Source of the DNA: Octopus vulgaris
Taxonomy: Eukaryota
Length of the DNA stretch: 64,000 nucleotides
NCBI GenBank assembly: GCA_951406725.2
Contig: OX597815.1
Coordinates: 20,584,001-20,648,000 of the forward strand
Direction of reading: 5' to 3'
Shown piece after piece: positions 25,618-39,500 of the stretch; position 1 is the stretch's first letter, and each line of letters opens with the position of its first letter. The notes below the pieces were generated by a model, which searched no databases, was not told where the DNA came from, and was given only the letters and a program-made list of their open reading frames with translations. The translations under genes were made by a program, and so were the position numbers.

Positions 25618-25706
25618 GTTTTACAGCCGGACCTTAGGTTTCGAACTTTAATTAGTAAATGAAATAATTTTCAAGGCGAAGTTCTCATCAGCGGATACGC
25701 CAAAAC
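25618..25706 (-). ncRNA. Type I hammerhead ribozyme, canonical core
   Basis: CCG-CTGATGA-GAACTT...AAGTTC-GAA-ACC(TAA)GGT-C-CGG with distal GTTTT/AAAAC pairing. Confidence 0.8.
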
Positions 25707-25718
25707 ATTAACATATAA

Positions 25719-25912
25719 CAATTGCAGCGTGGAAGGTGTTTATAAGCCATTTAAGAAACACACAAAAACCGTTAGACTCACTTCAACATTAAACATTTTT
25801 TTAAAAACGGTTTTTGTGTGTTTCTTAAATGGCTTATAAACACCTTCCAATTGTTTTCGTTCCAGCACACGATCTCAGATCAGGTCACTTGCTATGCAAG
25901 TACATCTCCGTA
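25719..25912. mobile_element. Short fold-back insertion with a 12-bp TSD
   Basis: 43-bp perfect inverted arms 25731-25773 and 25806-25848; ATTAACATATAA at 25707 and 25913. Confidence 0.85.
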
Positions 25913-27529
25913 ATTAACATATAAATTAGAGACAAAATAACACATGCCTCATCCCTCATTTTGTCTCTTTTTCTTCCTTCTTTTTTTTCTCCTCTCCAGA
26001 CCTTGTCATTTGTCCACCTGTGTAACCAGTATCCCGGCTTAAGTTGCTTTCAGTGGTGCTCGCTGAAATACAAACGTTTGGGTGTAAAACAAAACGTGGA
26101 AAAGCACAGCAGCAGTCGCTCGAAGAATGGTGACGTAAAACTCCACGTAGCAATACACACATACACAGCTTTGATGAGATATTATTTTTCTCAACTGTGC
26201 TGAGTTTACTTATTTACTTTTTGCTTAATTATGATATGTGTGTGTGTGTGTGTATGCATGTATGTGTGTATGAGTATTTTTATGCATGTATTCACAAACA
26301 CATAAACATCTAAATAACGAGTACCAATTTTTATCTACTCATGATAGTTCTTAATGTAAAGTCGGTGCCGTCGGAATTGAACTCAGGAATCAAGTTTAGG
26401 ACGAAACCATTCTATGAGAGGCATTTAGTGCAGTGTTCTACCTCTCAATATTAATTAATTGAGAGCTGCTCTAAGTAGTATTAGGTTTCTCCTGGAAACG
26501 CGTAGTTTGAATAAAAATATAAAAAATGCCATCAATGAAATAGTAATCAGGCATTTTAAAAAACAATTTGCTGGTATTTTCTGAACATTCCTGAGCTACT
26601 TTGAAATTGTTTTTATTTATTACTCGTATTATATATTTATTTTTTGAAAACACACGAACAGAATAAAACAAAATGGCTGAGTTAGATCTTGTGAAAAGTA
26701 GACAGATGGGTAGTAAATGACAGCAGATTGGCAGAATTATATGGACAGAAAGATGTATGGAAAGTGGCTTCCAAATCGATAAAGCTTTTTACATCTTGGC
26801 TAATCTCTCACCTAAATTTGGCATAACGTCCAACAACAGTTGAAGAAATTGTGAAAAACTGCATCAGCTCAGCTAATCGAGTAGGAATTGAAAATGCATG
26901 ATGAGTGTTACTAATTAGTATAAAATAGAAGCAGCACCTTCAGTAAAACTAGAGCTCACAGCTCTGCAGCAAATACAGAGGTTTAAATTACTAAAATGGT
27001 GTTGAGAATATTTTACACACTATACATCAATTTAGATAGCTATAACACGTCATGAAATGTTCAAGCTATATTTCTTTCTCTTGTGAGTCAAGTGATCTAT
27101 TTGCTTGATCGTTACAGAGGAATTTTATAGTGATACAATTTTCTGCTGTGTCTTTTTCAAAGATAATGTTGTAATACCGATATATGTGGAAGGAAAAATT
27201 TCATGAGGAGGTCATTTACGTAAAGCTAATGTTAACTTAACTTTATGGAATACGTTTTTTTCTTCTTTAGACAACAATAAACCGCTTTGTCAGAACTACA
27301 CTAACATGACTTTACGATCACTTTATTGTACAATAGATAATTGTGCAGCAGATAGATTAGTGTATGATAAGGTGTGCTGTTTTATAAGGTACTCAACTAC
27401 CGAAATAATTGAGAACAGACACTAATATATTTATTTGAAATTATTATCGTTAAACTGAAGCCTTCATTAGTTCACAAACACGGCAACATATATCCATTAA
27501 CAACTCTAAACTTAGATAGCAATTTGTAT

Positions 27530-27606
<77 letters not shown>

Positions 27607-28207
27607 CATGTGTGTCTGTGTGCGTGCGTGTGTGTATGTGTGTGTGTGGCGTGCGCGTGTGTATCTGATGCACAGGAAAATAGCTGAATTTTTGTTAATA
27701 TAAGATGATTACTTCGTAACAGAGCACAACGACTCAACAGATAGTCGGGGCAATGAATTTATATTTACTTGAATGAAAATGAGAAAGAATCTTAAATATA
27801 CACCACAAAGGAATTAGGGAATATTTATCACTATCTGAATTTTCAGGAACGATTCACTATGTCAGCCACTGTTGAACTAAAGACTGTCACTCTTTTAGCC
27901 ATTCCCTATATAACAGTTGTTGACATGACGCGCAGTTGATATATCAGCTAACGAGTAATGGACCAATGGGTCGAAGAAATCACTTTTATACTAAAGTAAA
28001 CAATAATAATCGTCTTGGAAACGAAATGAAATTTGACTTAAGAGTATTGTGCTGATGAATATAAGGTGGGACAATATATATATATATATATATATAAATT
28101 AGAGAAAATGTCGTTATTAAATTAGAAATATATATATATATATATATGCACATTACTTAATCATTGTTGTATGTTTTATTGAATTAATAAAAGGTGTTTT
28201 TTTTAAA

Positions 28208-28261
<54 letters not shown>

Positions 28262-28335
28262 TATATTTTGTGAAATTTGATTTAGTATTTCTAAATTGAA
28301 TTTTTCCCTGTAAGTTTGGAATAATATTCTCTCAT

Positions 28336-28351
28336 ATCATCATCATCATCA

Positions 28352-28430
<79 letters not shown>

Positions 28431-28459
28431 CATCATCATTATTATTATTCTTATTCTTA

Positions 28460-28533
<74 letters not shown>
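28336..28533. repeat. (ATC)n/(ATT)n microsatellite
   Basis: Trinucleotide array. Confidence 0.98.
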
Positions 28534-28535
<2 letters not shown>

Positions 28536-28813
28536 ATGTCCTTTTGGGTGCCAGATCAGCTTTAACTAAGCAAAACTCTGATCGAAAGATTTCCAGTTAT
28601 GACGGACTACTTTGTCCCTTTGTTCTAGTAGGTCAAGCAAATCAAGTTGAACGGTCACGAAGAGATCTTCTTTTAGATGTATCAAGGCTATCACGCAATA
28701 CACTGCAAGAAGTTCTATGTGCACCACAGATGTTTAAACATAATTAAGGCTACTTAAACATTTCGGAAAATATAAAAGTACAACAAAAAATATGCTATTC
28801 ATAATTTTGTTAC

Positions 28814-29243
28814 ACAGGTGTGGGTGTGTGAAAAGTTGCTTGCTTTCCAACCACATGGTTCCAGGTTCAGTCCCACTACGCGGCACCTTGGCCAAGTGCC
28901 TTCTACTATAGCCTCGGGCCGACCAAAGCCTTGTGAGTGGATTTAGTAGACGGAAACTGAAAAGGAGCCCGTTGTATACACACACACGCGCGCGCACGCA
29001 CACGCACACACACACACACACATGTATGTATCTTTGTGTCTCTGTTTGTCCCCCCCATCACCGCTAAGTGTGTTTACGTTCCTGTAACTTTGCAGTTTGG
29101 CAAAAGAGACCGATAGAATAAGTACAAAGTTTAAAAAAGTTCTGGGGTCGATTTGTTCGACTAAAACCCTTCAAGATGGTGCTCCAGCATGGCCGCAGTC
29201 AAATGACTGTGACAAGTAAGAGGATAAAAGAATAAAAGAATAA
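28814..29243 (+). mobile_element. SINE A (older subfamily)
   Basis: Full head-to-tail match with more substitutions. Confidence 0.9.
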
Positions 29244-29345
29244 ATATGATTAGTAAAAACAAAGTGTACAAATAAGTTTTCTATATATTTTCTAAATTTG
29301 TTACTTTGAAACAGTTTTTAAAAAAAAAATCCCATGTAGGGGAAT

Positions 29346-29503
29346 AGGCGGAGGAGTGGCTGTGTGGTAAGTAGCTTGCTTACTAACCACGGGTTCAGGC
29401 CCACTGCGTGGCACCTTGGGCAAATGTCTTCTACTATAGCCTCGGGCCGACCAAAGCCTAGTTAGTGGATTTGGTAGACGGAAACTGAAAGAAGCCGATC
29501 GTA

Positions 29504-29576
<73 letters not shown>

Positions 29577-29802
29577 ATGTGTGTGTATGTATATGTTTGT
29601 GTGTCTGTGTTTGTGCCCACAACATCGCTTGACAGCCGATGCTGGTGTGTTTACATCCCCGTAACTAAGCGGTTCGGCAAAAGAGACCGATAGAATAAGT
29701 ACTAGGCTTACAAAGAATAAGTCCTGGGGTCGATTTCCTCGACTGAAGGTGGTGCTCCAGCATAGCCACAGTCAAATGACTGAAACAAGTAAAAGAGTAA
29801 AA
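29346..29802 (+). mobile_element. SINE A, full length
   Basis: AGGCGGAGGAGTGGCTGTGTGGTAAG...GAAACAAGTAAAAGAG. Confidence 0.95.
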
Positions 29803-30027
29803 TAATGTGAAGAGCGCCTGCATCTATATTTCATCGGCAATTCATGAAGCAGTGAAAACGACGGAGAACCATTGCTCTTGGCATTTGTAGCAGGTAAAGA
29901 ATAACAACTAAAAGAATGGTTAATTTTACTTAGATTCCTATAGGAATATAAATAGTCAACTTTCATTTAGGAGACCTGTGATCAAAGGCTTAAAAATGCG
30001 TCTTTCCCATATTTTATTCAAACATTA

Positions 30028-30352
30028 TCGATTCCCAGACCGGGCGTTGTGAGTATTTATTGAGCGAAAACACCTAAGGCTCCACGAGGCTCCGGCAGGA
30101 GATGGTGGTGATCCCTGCTGTACTCTTTCACCACAACTTTCTCTCACTCTTACTTCCTGTTTCTGTTGTACCTGTATTTCAAAGGGCCGGCCTTGTCACT
30201 CTCTGTGTCACGCTGAATATCCCCGAGAACTACGTTAAGGGTACACGTGTCTGTGGAGTGCTCAGCCACTTACACGTTAATTTCACGAGCAGGCTGTTCC
30301 GTTGATCGGATCAACCGGAACCCTCGTCGTCGGAACCGACGGAGTGCTTCCA
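30028..30352 (+). mobile_element. SINE family C, 5'-truncated
   Basis: TCGATTCCCAGACCGGGCGTTGTG...; homologous to 53806 and 59479-59982. Confidence 0.85.
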
Positions 30353-30691
30353 GACTTATCTCATCGTATAGTATTAACCAATGTGTCCTTCAATTTTTTG
30401 ACGGTAAGATGTGATTTGAAGTACGCTGACTTACTATTTCTGTAAGTCGAACAAATGTATTGAGGTTATTTCGTTAGTTACTGCTTTTTATGTAATTCCT
30501 CTTGTTGAGAAAAACTATAATCAAAGGCATTGCAACAGCGATCATCCTTTTATCTCCAGCATAGTGTACCTGGGAATACATTATACAAAGTATCTTTCCT
30601 ATTTATGTCGGCGGAATGTGGTTTTGCTTGAATTTTGGTTGATATTTCTAATAGAGCGAGCGACCGAGCGACCACAGAGTGAGTTAGTGAG

Positions 30692-30768
<77 letters not shown>

Positions 30769-31665
30769 GAAAGAGAAAAAAAGAGAGTAAAAGTCTCTTG
30801 TTGGTTGAAAATAGTCAGTGATACTGAAGAAAAAGAGGATCTTTATAACGTGAAAACCAGTTGATACAGGGAGAAAAATGTGCAAAAACCTATTGAATTT
30901 CTTTTTGCTTATCCTTAGTGTTTTATATAAACTTACGTATTTTAGTTCGTAGTTATATATCTGATCATAGACAAATTTAAAAAACCTCATCGGGTTTCAC
31001 TGTTTTCTTTTATGAACGTGTTTTTCTGCTCATTTTCACGTAGCTTTTGTTGTTGCTTAAACTGCTGTCTTAATAGAGTTTCTGTCTTTATCCCAACCAA
31101 GCATATTATTTCCCTTGCTATCTTTCACTTTTGTATTTTTATTTATTTATTTTGAAAGGCTTCTTTGGGTGAATATAAACGTTTAACATCATTTGTGTTG
31201 CTGAATCTCTAAAATGAATCCCTGAATTTTCTAGATATTTGCTTTATCTAAATGTTCGCTTTTATTGGCTTCCCAATGATTTCTATGCTATATCTTATTG
31301 TTCCTAAACGCATTATTTGCTTTATTTCTTTTTATCTTTCATTTATTATCATATATATATTTATTGTTTACTTATGGTTATGCTGTGCTGTCCGTTTCCA
31401 TTACACAAATTGACCCATTGGCTTTCCCTGAGGCTTTCAATGATTTTTGCTTCTCCTTGTCATGGTTAAAGATCTTATGTCCACTCCCATTGTAACTAGT
31501 TCTTATGGGGTATTGCTTTTGCAATGGTTGAAGCAGTTCTATCAGTATCTTTGACTATTGCAGTTTATAATCTTCAGATACACAGTCTCAAATATTTCCG
31601 TTCAATTTAATATTTGATTCGATGCGTAAGTTTATTGAAAAATTATATCGTTAATATTTTAGAAG

Positions 31666-31666
<1 letters not shown>

Positions 31667-31760
<94 letters not shown>

Positions 31761-31787
31761 TTATTTATTTATCCATCCATCTATCTG

Positions 31788-31873
<86 letters not shown>

Positions 31874-31888
31874 CATCTATCTGTCTAC

Positions 31889-31958
<70 letters not shown>

Positions 31959-32031
31959 GTCTGTTTGTCTGTCTGCCTATCTGTCTGTCTGTCTGTATAT
32001 GTGTGCCCGCGCGTGTATGTGTATGTGTGTG

Positions 32032-32071
<40 letters not shown>

Positions 32072-32085
32072 TGTGTGTGTGTGTG
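31667..32085. repeat. (CTAT)n/(CTGT)n/(GT)n compound microsatellite
   Basis: Tandem arrays. Confidence 0.98.
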
Positions 32086-32523
32086 TTCTGTTCTGTTTTT
32101 CATTATTTATATTCTTCTGAGGAAGGAGCCGGTGTCTAATAGATACAAAGTCTCATCGTTGTAATGTAGATAATGAAAGCGACATTACATTTTAAACCCG
32201 AGAAAAATATTGCATATCTTTACTGTTCCACTTACATATTGTTTGTGTTATGTGCAAGTCGGTTGATTTTTTTTCCTGAAAATCTAAACTCATACAGGCT
32301 ATCAATTAGGCATTTACTCTCAAAACCAGGTACACCACATATTACTGGTATAAATGTAAATTTGTATGCATATATGCATGCATATATTCATGTATGTATA
32401 TATGAATATATGTGTGTATAAGACGGCATCAAAGATCAAAGCCACCAGTTAGTGTTTTACGGCCCAGACAGAATATATTCATAAATTCTTCAGTCACTTC
32501 TCTCGATGCTTCTCACCATTCTG

Positions 32524-32674
<151 letters not shown>

Positions 32675-32689
32675 GCTTGCTTGTCGATT

Positions 32690-32720
<31 letters not shown>

Positions 32721-33759
32721 CTTGTGCGTGTGCAACTTACGTTCGGTTCTTTCATCAGTGATGGATGTCTTCTTATTCCTTACTGTAAGAAAGAATTCTA
32801 TTGGACACTTGCTCAGTGACGAAGACAGAAAGCTTTGATCAAAGCAAAAGCAGAGTGATAAACTAGAAGAGGGAGACTAATTAAACATGGGACACACAAA
32901 TGACATGCCAGCATGTCAAGTCGAAGACAAGGGAAAATGTATGATGCTGCAGGAAAGAAAGAAGGAAGTGGTTTTAAGCAATTTATCATAGGAAATGTCA
33001 ACAGCACGGGAAACCAACATTTACAAAAGTGACGTTGAGTGATTGACGAATGGAAAGGAAATAAACGTTCTACTGATACGTGAAACAAACTCTGTTGATT
33101 TTTACTGATATTATGACAACTGAAGCTTGACTGAAAAGATAACGCTCAGAATATTTCAATAATTCGAGGTTAAATATCTGAAAATAATAATCGAGGTTAA
33201 ATATCAGAAAATAATGATACAAGATTTTTATTATTATTTTCTGAACATCTCATATGAAATATATGTAATGATGTTTCTAATAATGTCAGCAATTTTGGAC
33301 TGAGCTGAATAACGGATAAACCAGTATCATTTATATATAATATATATTGTTTCAAAGAATTAATAAGTATCTTGAACCAAGATTACTATAATTATGATAT
33401 ACTATTCCAGACATCCTTTGCACAAAATGTTGAGTAAGTTTTGTGTGAATGAATATCAAATATTCACTATTCTATATCTATATCCAGATGAAGGAACGTA
33501 CTTATAAATGCTTAAAAGATGTAATGTAATCTTGTACAAGACTTATAATAATTGTTTTATCACTGACATCTTTACATAAATTATTTGTTTTATTGTTTCT
33601 ATAAATGCTAATGATTTTTAATAGAATGTATGTGAAAGAATGATATTGCTGTAACCTAAATATTATGAAAGTTTGCATTGAGCGTAGTGGTTCATGAGAT
33701 CGGAGCATGTCTGGATTTTCAAGGCGATTAGATTGGAAATACTACACTCCTTCCAAACT

Positions 33760-33932
33760 GGGCGCCAATCCTTCGCTGAGTTAATGTTCAGATACAACAG
33801 GTACCCATTTTCGGTTCGAGTAAATGGAACGACGTGAGTTTAATGTCGTGTTCAAAGACAAAACGCGCCACCCGATTCGAGAATCGAACCCACAACGTAA
33901 GGATCGTGAGCCCGACACCTTAACCACTAAAC
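33760..33932 (-). mobile_element. Older tRNA-derived SINE
   Basis: Minus strand GGTTTAGTGGTTAAGGTG (A box) and GGTTCGATTCT (B box), followed by a body ending AAAATGGGTACC. Confidence 0.7.
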
Positions 33933-34481
33933 CTTCAATACTTAATAAAAACCGTTATTTTCTATATCATATCATAATGAAATTACGTGGAGTTATTTGC
34001 CCTACCTTTATACGTTTTCTAACCATTTCTATAATAATTCAATATTTGGTATATACAGACATTTACTAACGCGCCACCCGGTTCGAGAATTGAACCCACG
34101 ACTTAAGGATCGTGAGCCCGACACCTTAACGACCGAACCTTCAATACTTATGAAAAACCGTTATTTTCTATATCATATCATAATGAAATTACGTGGAGTT
34201 ATTTACCCTACTTTTATACGTTTTCTAACCATTTCTATAATAATTTAGTATTTGGTATATACAGACATTCACTAACGCGCCACCCGGTTCGAGAATCGAA
34301 CCCACAACGTAAGGATCATGAGCCCGACACCTTAACCACTACACCTTCAATACTTATGAAAAACCGTTATTTTCTATATCATATCATAATGAAATTACGT
34401 GGAGCTATTTTTACTCTACCTCTATACGTTTTCTAACCATTTCTATAATGAATTAGTATTTGGTATATACAGACATTTACT
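33862..34481. repeat. 206-bp tandem triplication containing a SINE tRNA head
   Basis: AACGCGCCACCC at 33862, 34068 and 34274. Confidence 0.95.
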
Positions 34482-35148
34482 GGATCTGTTTGAATATTAA
34501 ATATTATTTTACATACGGATATTTTTTTCTTCTTCTCTAAATCAGCAACTGATGTATAGATTCTATAAGATTACAAAGAAATGTGTGAAATTCTCGGTAA
34601 GAATAGATGGAGATCACTACCGATATATATCAGCGAGGCATTTCATCGAAAGTGCAATACAGGAATGGAAAATTTAAGTCTGGCAAACTGCCTCGAAAAT
34701 TAATCCGATAGTTGATGAGGAAGTCAGTATCGATTGTGACCTATTGAAAGCTTTAATTAAATCTCTCTTGCAAAACAATGTCGAGAAATTTCCATCGCAT
34801 GAAGTCCATTAGATAGATAAAATTTCTAGTCGAGTTGTTGGAAAGACACAAATACAAATACAATAACTTGAGGTTGGATCTTAAGTCGTTTTGTTGTTGT
34901 TGTTGTTGTTGTTGTTTTATCTCGGTATAACTTAGGTAATTGTATTGTGTGATCATATACTTACTCTTTCTCTGATTCATATGCTAAGATAATATGCACA
35001 CACGCATACATACATATGTACGCGTATAAATATAGGTTACATACACGAAACCTATATATGTATGTGTGTATGTGTGTTTGTGCGTGGATGTATGTATAAT
35101 ATATGTACACATACACACACACTCACATATATGCACACAAAAATGCAC

Positions 35149-35214
<66 letters not shown>

Positions 35215-35265
35215 TGATGATGATAATGATAATAATAATATATACATAAATACATAGATACATAG

Positions 35266-35336
<71 letters not shown>

Positions 35337-35728
35337 ATTCGGGGGCCAACCCGAAATGTTCAACGGGTAAACAAATTCAACATATCCTATCATATTTTCT
35401 AAATCATCCACATAAATAAAATAAAACTGTAAAAACTGAACTAGATTAATGAAGAAATTACATTAAAATGTTGGAAGTTTGATTTGGAAGTTTATTCATT
35501 GGATTGAATATTCTTTATGCGAAACCTTTTTATTAAAAAAAATTATAAATTAATGTCTTTTGTAAAACCATTACTTTCAATGAATTGAGAACATATTTTG
35601 TTAGACAAATAAAAGTAATTTATGAAATGGTTAGTTGCTCATTTATACTTCACTGAATTTTTAGAAAACAGTAAATAATCCCATGTTTTGATTATAGTTT
35701 CGTTTTCCATTAATAAGTTTTACTTAAC

Positions 35729-36122
35729 AGCGCAGGAGTGGCTGTGTGGTAAGTAGCTTGCTAACCAACCACATGGTTCCGGGTTCAGTCCCACTGCGTG
35801 GCATCTTGGGCAAGTGTCTTCTGCTATAGCCCCGGGCCGACCAATGCCTTGTGAGTGGATTTGGTAGACGGAAACTGAAAGAAGCCTGTCGTATATATGT
35901 ATATATATATGTGTGTGTGTTTATGTGTCTGTGTTTGTCCCCCTAGCATTGCTTGACAACCGATGCTGGTGTGTTTACGTCCCCGTCACTTAGCGGTTCG
36001 GCAAAAAAGACCGATAAAATAAGTACTGGGCTTACAAAGAATAAGTCCCGGGGTCGATTTGCTCGACTAAAGGCGGTGCTCCAGCATGGCCGCAGTCAAA
36101 TGACTGAAACAAGTAAAAGAGT
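35729..36122 (+). mobile_element. SINE A, young subfamily
   Basis: Diagnostic variants GCATCTTGGG, CTGCTATAGCCCCGGG and CAATGCC, shared with 41558 and 45586. Confidence 0.95.
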
Positions 36123-38024
36123 TCAACTACTTATTTGCTTTAACATTACTGTAGTTTGACTGCGGTGGTGGCGATTAGGGCTGCACTTCAGTTAATTTGA
36201 AATCAAACGTGTCTGTCAGGATTCACAATGATTCATATTCGCGTTATATTTCTTCTAAGGAGAACTTTTAACTGTTGGTTTGTCCTATTACAGCGAAGGG
36301 ATTTTACATGCATTACACATCGTCCATTATTTAAAGAAAGTGACTGTAATGTGTAAAAAACCACCAGAAGCATAACATCAAAATGGCTTTCTGATTATAA
36401 GAAGAAATATAAAGAACTTAGAGTATTCATGTATAGATCACCTCTTCATACACTTTGAAAGTTTGAAGTAATTATAAAGAAACTTTGTCTACATTCTATT
36501 TTATTATTTAATACTGCAATAAAGAGTCTTTGAAGATATAGCTTTGTTTGGAGGTCGTTATAATTAATCTTTCAAAACAGCCCTTCATTATTAGTTTTCA
36601 GTCAGTTTCGATCGCTATATTGAAAACGGTTCCAGTTTTTCTGATACAACTCATTTCTTGATCCTTCTAATTAATTAATTATTTAATCAATGCATTGTTT
36701 CTAATGCTCAAAGGGACCAGCTGCATGATTTTGCATTATATGACATATTTTTCTGTTTTGTTTTACTAACGTCCTTTCATTTTTATAAGTATCTGCAGAG
36801 AAACTATTGGTTGTGGTGTGTAGTATTAACATATTAATTTGATTGTTATCAAATGCAAACACTTATTAATATTGAATGGTTTAGACGAATTCTGAGTTTA
36901 TTAGTCTTTTATATTTTAGAAGTGGTCGGCGGTTAGAGTGTTTCTTCACAAATAAAGGCATTGTAGTTTTCACAGATGAAAAGAATTCTGTCAGTGAATG
37001 AATACAGAGACAAAGACGGCAAAAGCAAAGATATATCCCTCCAGTAGCGGTAGATGAGTACTTAGCAGTTTATCTTCTCTATTGCGACATCGAAATCCTG
37101 GCTGATGTTTTACAGTAACCTAAACCTCGGCACGTGTCAGTTGTGCAAAGTTCTTGTAAAGCTATAGTTTTTGATTAGGTCATGTTCGTATCTTTTATAA
37201 ATCCTAAAAACTGTTCGTGGTGCACGCATCCAGCAGATACTCTCCCAAATATCACTTTTCCAATTCTATTGCTCTGAGTCAATTTCCATTTATTTTACAG
37301 TCCTCTCCCATTTCATTTTGTTCTTGGCATGCATATGATAAAGTGAGAGGGGGCGGGGGGCACCGTGTGTGTGTGTGTGTATGCGTGTGTCTTGCATATG
37401 CGTGTGTCTGTGTTTTCATTCATTCTATTTACCTTAGTTCTTTTGGCAATTCCTCTCCTCACTCTTTTCACATCACTTTCCACTCCTCGTTGTTTGCATT
37501 TTCTCACCCTCTTAGAGATTTCTGTCTTATTTGCTCCTCTGTCTCTTTTGATAGACATCTTCGGGGTTCTCCTTATCAAATACAGTTTTCTCTGTCTCTG
37601 TCTGTCTGTCTCTCCCTCCCCCTCTCTCACTCACTTTCTCTCTGTCTCTGTCTCTGTCTCTCTCTGGTCACTGGCCAGTGCAGATGGTTGATTCGTCAGT
37701 TCGCAAATAGACTTAAACTGTTCCTTTCGCTAGTTTGCTCAGTTAACTGTTGTCAATATTATTTTTTTAGAATGATATCCTTTGGCAGTTTAATCGGAAT
37801 GTTTTCTACTTTCTACTTAACGTAATCTTATTATTCCTCACTTTTATTTTCCTGCTAAAATTGATCTGAAAAATTTCTCAGATATCCATCTAATAATTTT
37901 ATTTTCTTCAGAATATCTCTTTCTATATTATAAGTGAATGTGTCCTCTCTCGTTTTTGTTAACATATTCTCTCTGAAGTTGCTATTTTATTCCTATGACT
38001 CTCTCTCTCTCTCTTAGCACACAC

Positions 38025-38079
<55 letters not shown>

Positions 38080-38082
38080 TTA

Positions 38083-38175
<93 letters not shown>

Positions 38176-39079
38176 TTGTAATGTATATGCATATATCATT
38201 CTTTCCTTCCCCTTTAATGATATTTAATGATTTCGTAATTAATTGTAAATGATTATAATCAAAAGTTGAAATGATTACAATGTGTAATTAATTTCCAGAT
38301 CCATAATTTCATTCTAGGGAACGCTATAGTTGAGTAATTTCAAATAAAATCCCCTGCAAGTCATCAAAGGATATTCATTACTCTATAAACCTTTCTCTCT
38401 ATTATCGTTGACAATTTGGACTCCGATATTATAAACAAGGATCACAGCAGAAAGCGGGTTTGTTTGAATTTAGCATATAGCTAATCATTATCAAATAAAT
38501 ACTTTTTTTTTCGTATTTTTACTTTGATACATCATACTAGGTTATTCTCCTGTTTGTACACGTATGTGTTATTATACAACATAAGAGTTTATATATCAGG
38601 GAAACCAGATAAAATATAATTCCCAATCAAGTAAGATAGCCATTGCTCCTATTTTCTAGAGTGACAGAGAAAAATGAAATAACTAGTTACTATCATAAAC
38701 GTATACCTCAGAATAAACAAGAAAGAAAGGGTGATATCCGTAATTTTCACAACATGACTCATTTTATAATAATTAAACTGTTTTACGAATAATGAAGATA
38801 GTTCTAAAGAAACATTTCTGCCCTTCAATATTTTCAAGTTAATCAATATCTTTCATTCATGCTGCCTTCTTTCTTTGAAGTATATTGTGAAACTGAAAGA
38901 CAAATATTGCTCTCTACTATGTTTTCTTTTCTCAATGGAAAAATATATTCTGTATAAAGTCAGACTGAATATCTTGACCAAGCACATTGTTACATATTTT
39001 TTCCATTTGGTATAAACACCCAAACTTTTAATACTTTTACAACTGTCACATTTATGTATAATTCTATTCGCAAATCATC

Positions 39080-39500
39080 GTGCTTGGGGAGTTAGACTAC
39101 CTCTTAAAAGAACGTGTTTTGGTCCGTTGGGATTGAAATGTTAATGTTTTTGGCATTGTTAGCTTTAGTGATTTTCCCAAACAGTTTGCACTTGTTTTTA
39201 TTGTTTGCACCAACTGATACGACTCAGAGTATAATAGCTTTGTCATTTTATATCGCTGTTTCAGCTGGTTAGAGCTATACTAGAATTAGTGACAATTTGG
39301 CAGCGTTAATAGTTTCTATTGTACAAATCTCCCAACCATGTCGTCTCGGTTGATGTCTTCTGATTAAGTTCAACTGGACATACAGACAATATGGCCTATT
39401 CTTTCTAAACACACTACGTAAAGAGCGCTTTCTGTTTCCTTTTGTGATATGACTTACACAGTTTATATGCAGCAATCTTATGTTGGATTTTGGTCTTGTA
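39080..39500 (-). mobile_element. Possible highly decayed LINE AP-endonuclease fragment
   Basis: IRLLHINCVS and HVLLRG..NSP resemble APE motifs; frameshifted. Confidence 0.25.

Noticed and set aside
33862-34481. Possible CRISPR-like or tRNA gene array
   Set aside because: Whole units are repeated with no unique spacers, and the heads lack a full cloverleaf; SINE-derived.
37217-37825. 202-aa ORF
   Set aside because: Low-complexity CT/GT-rich sequence, GTG start, no domain.
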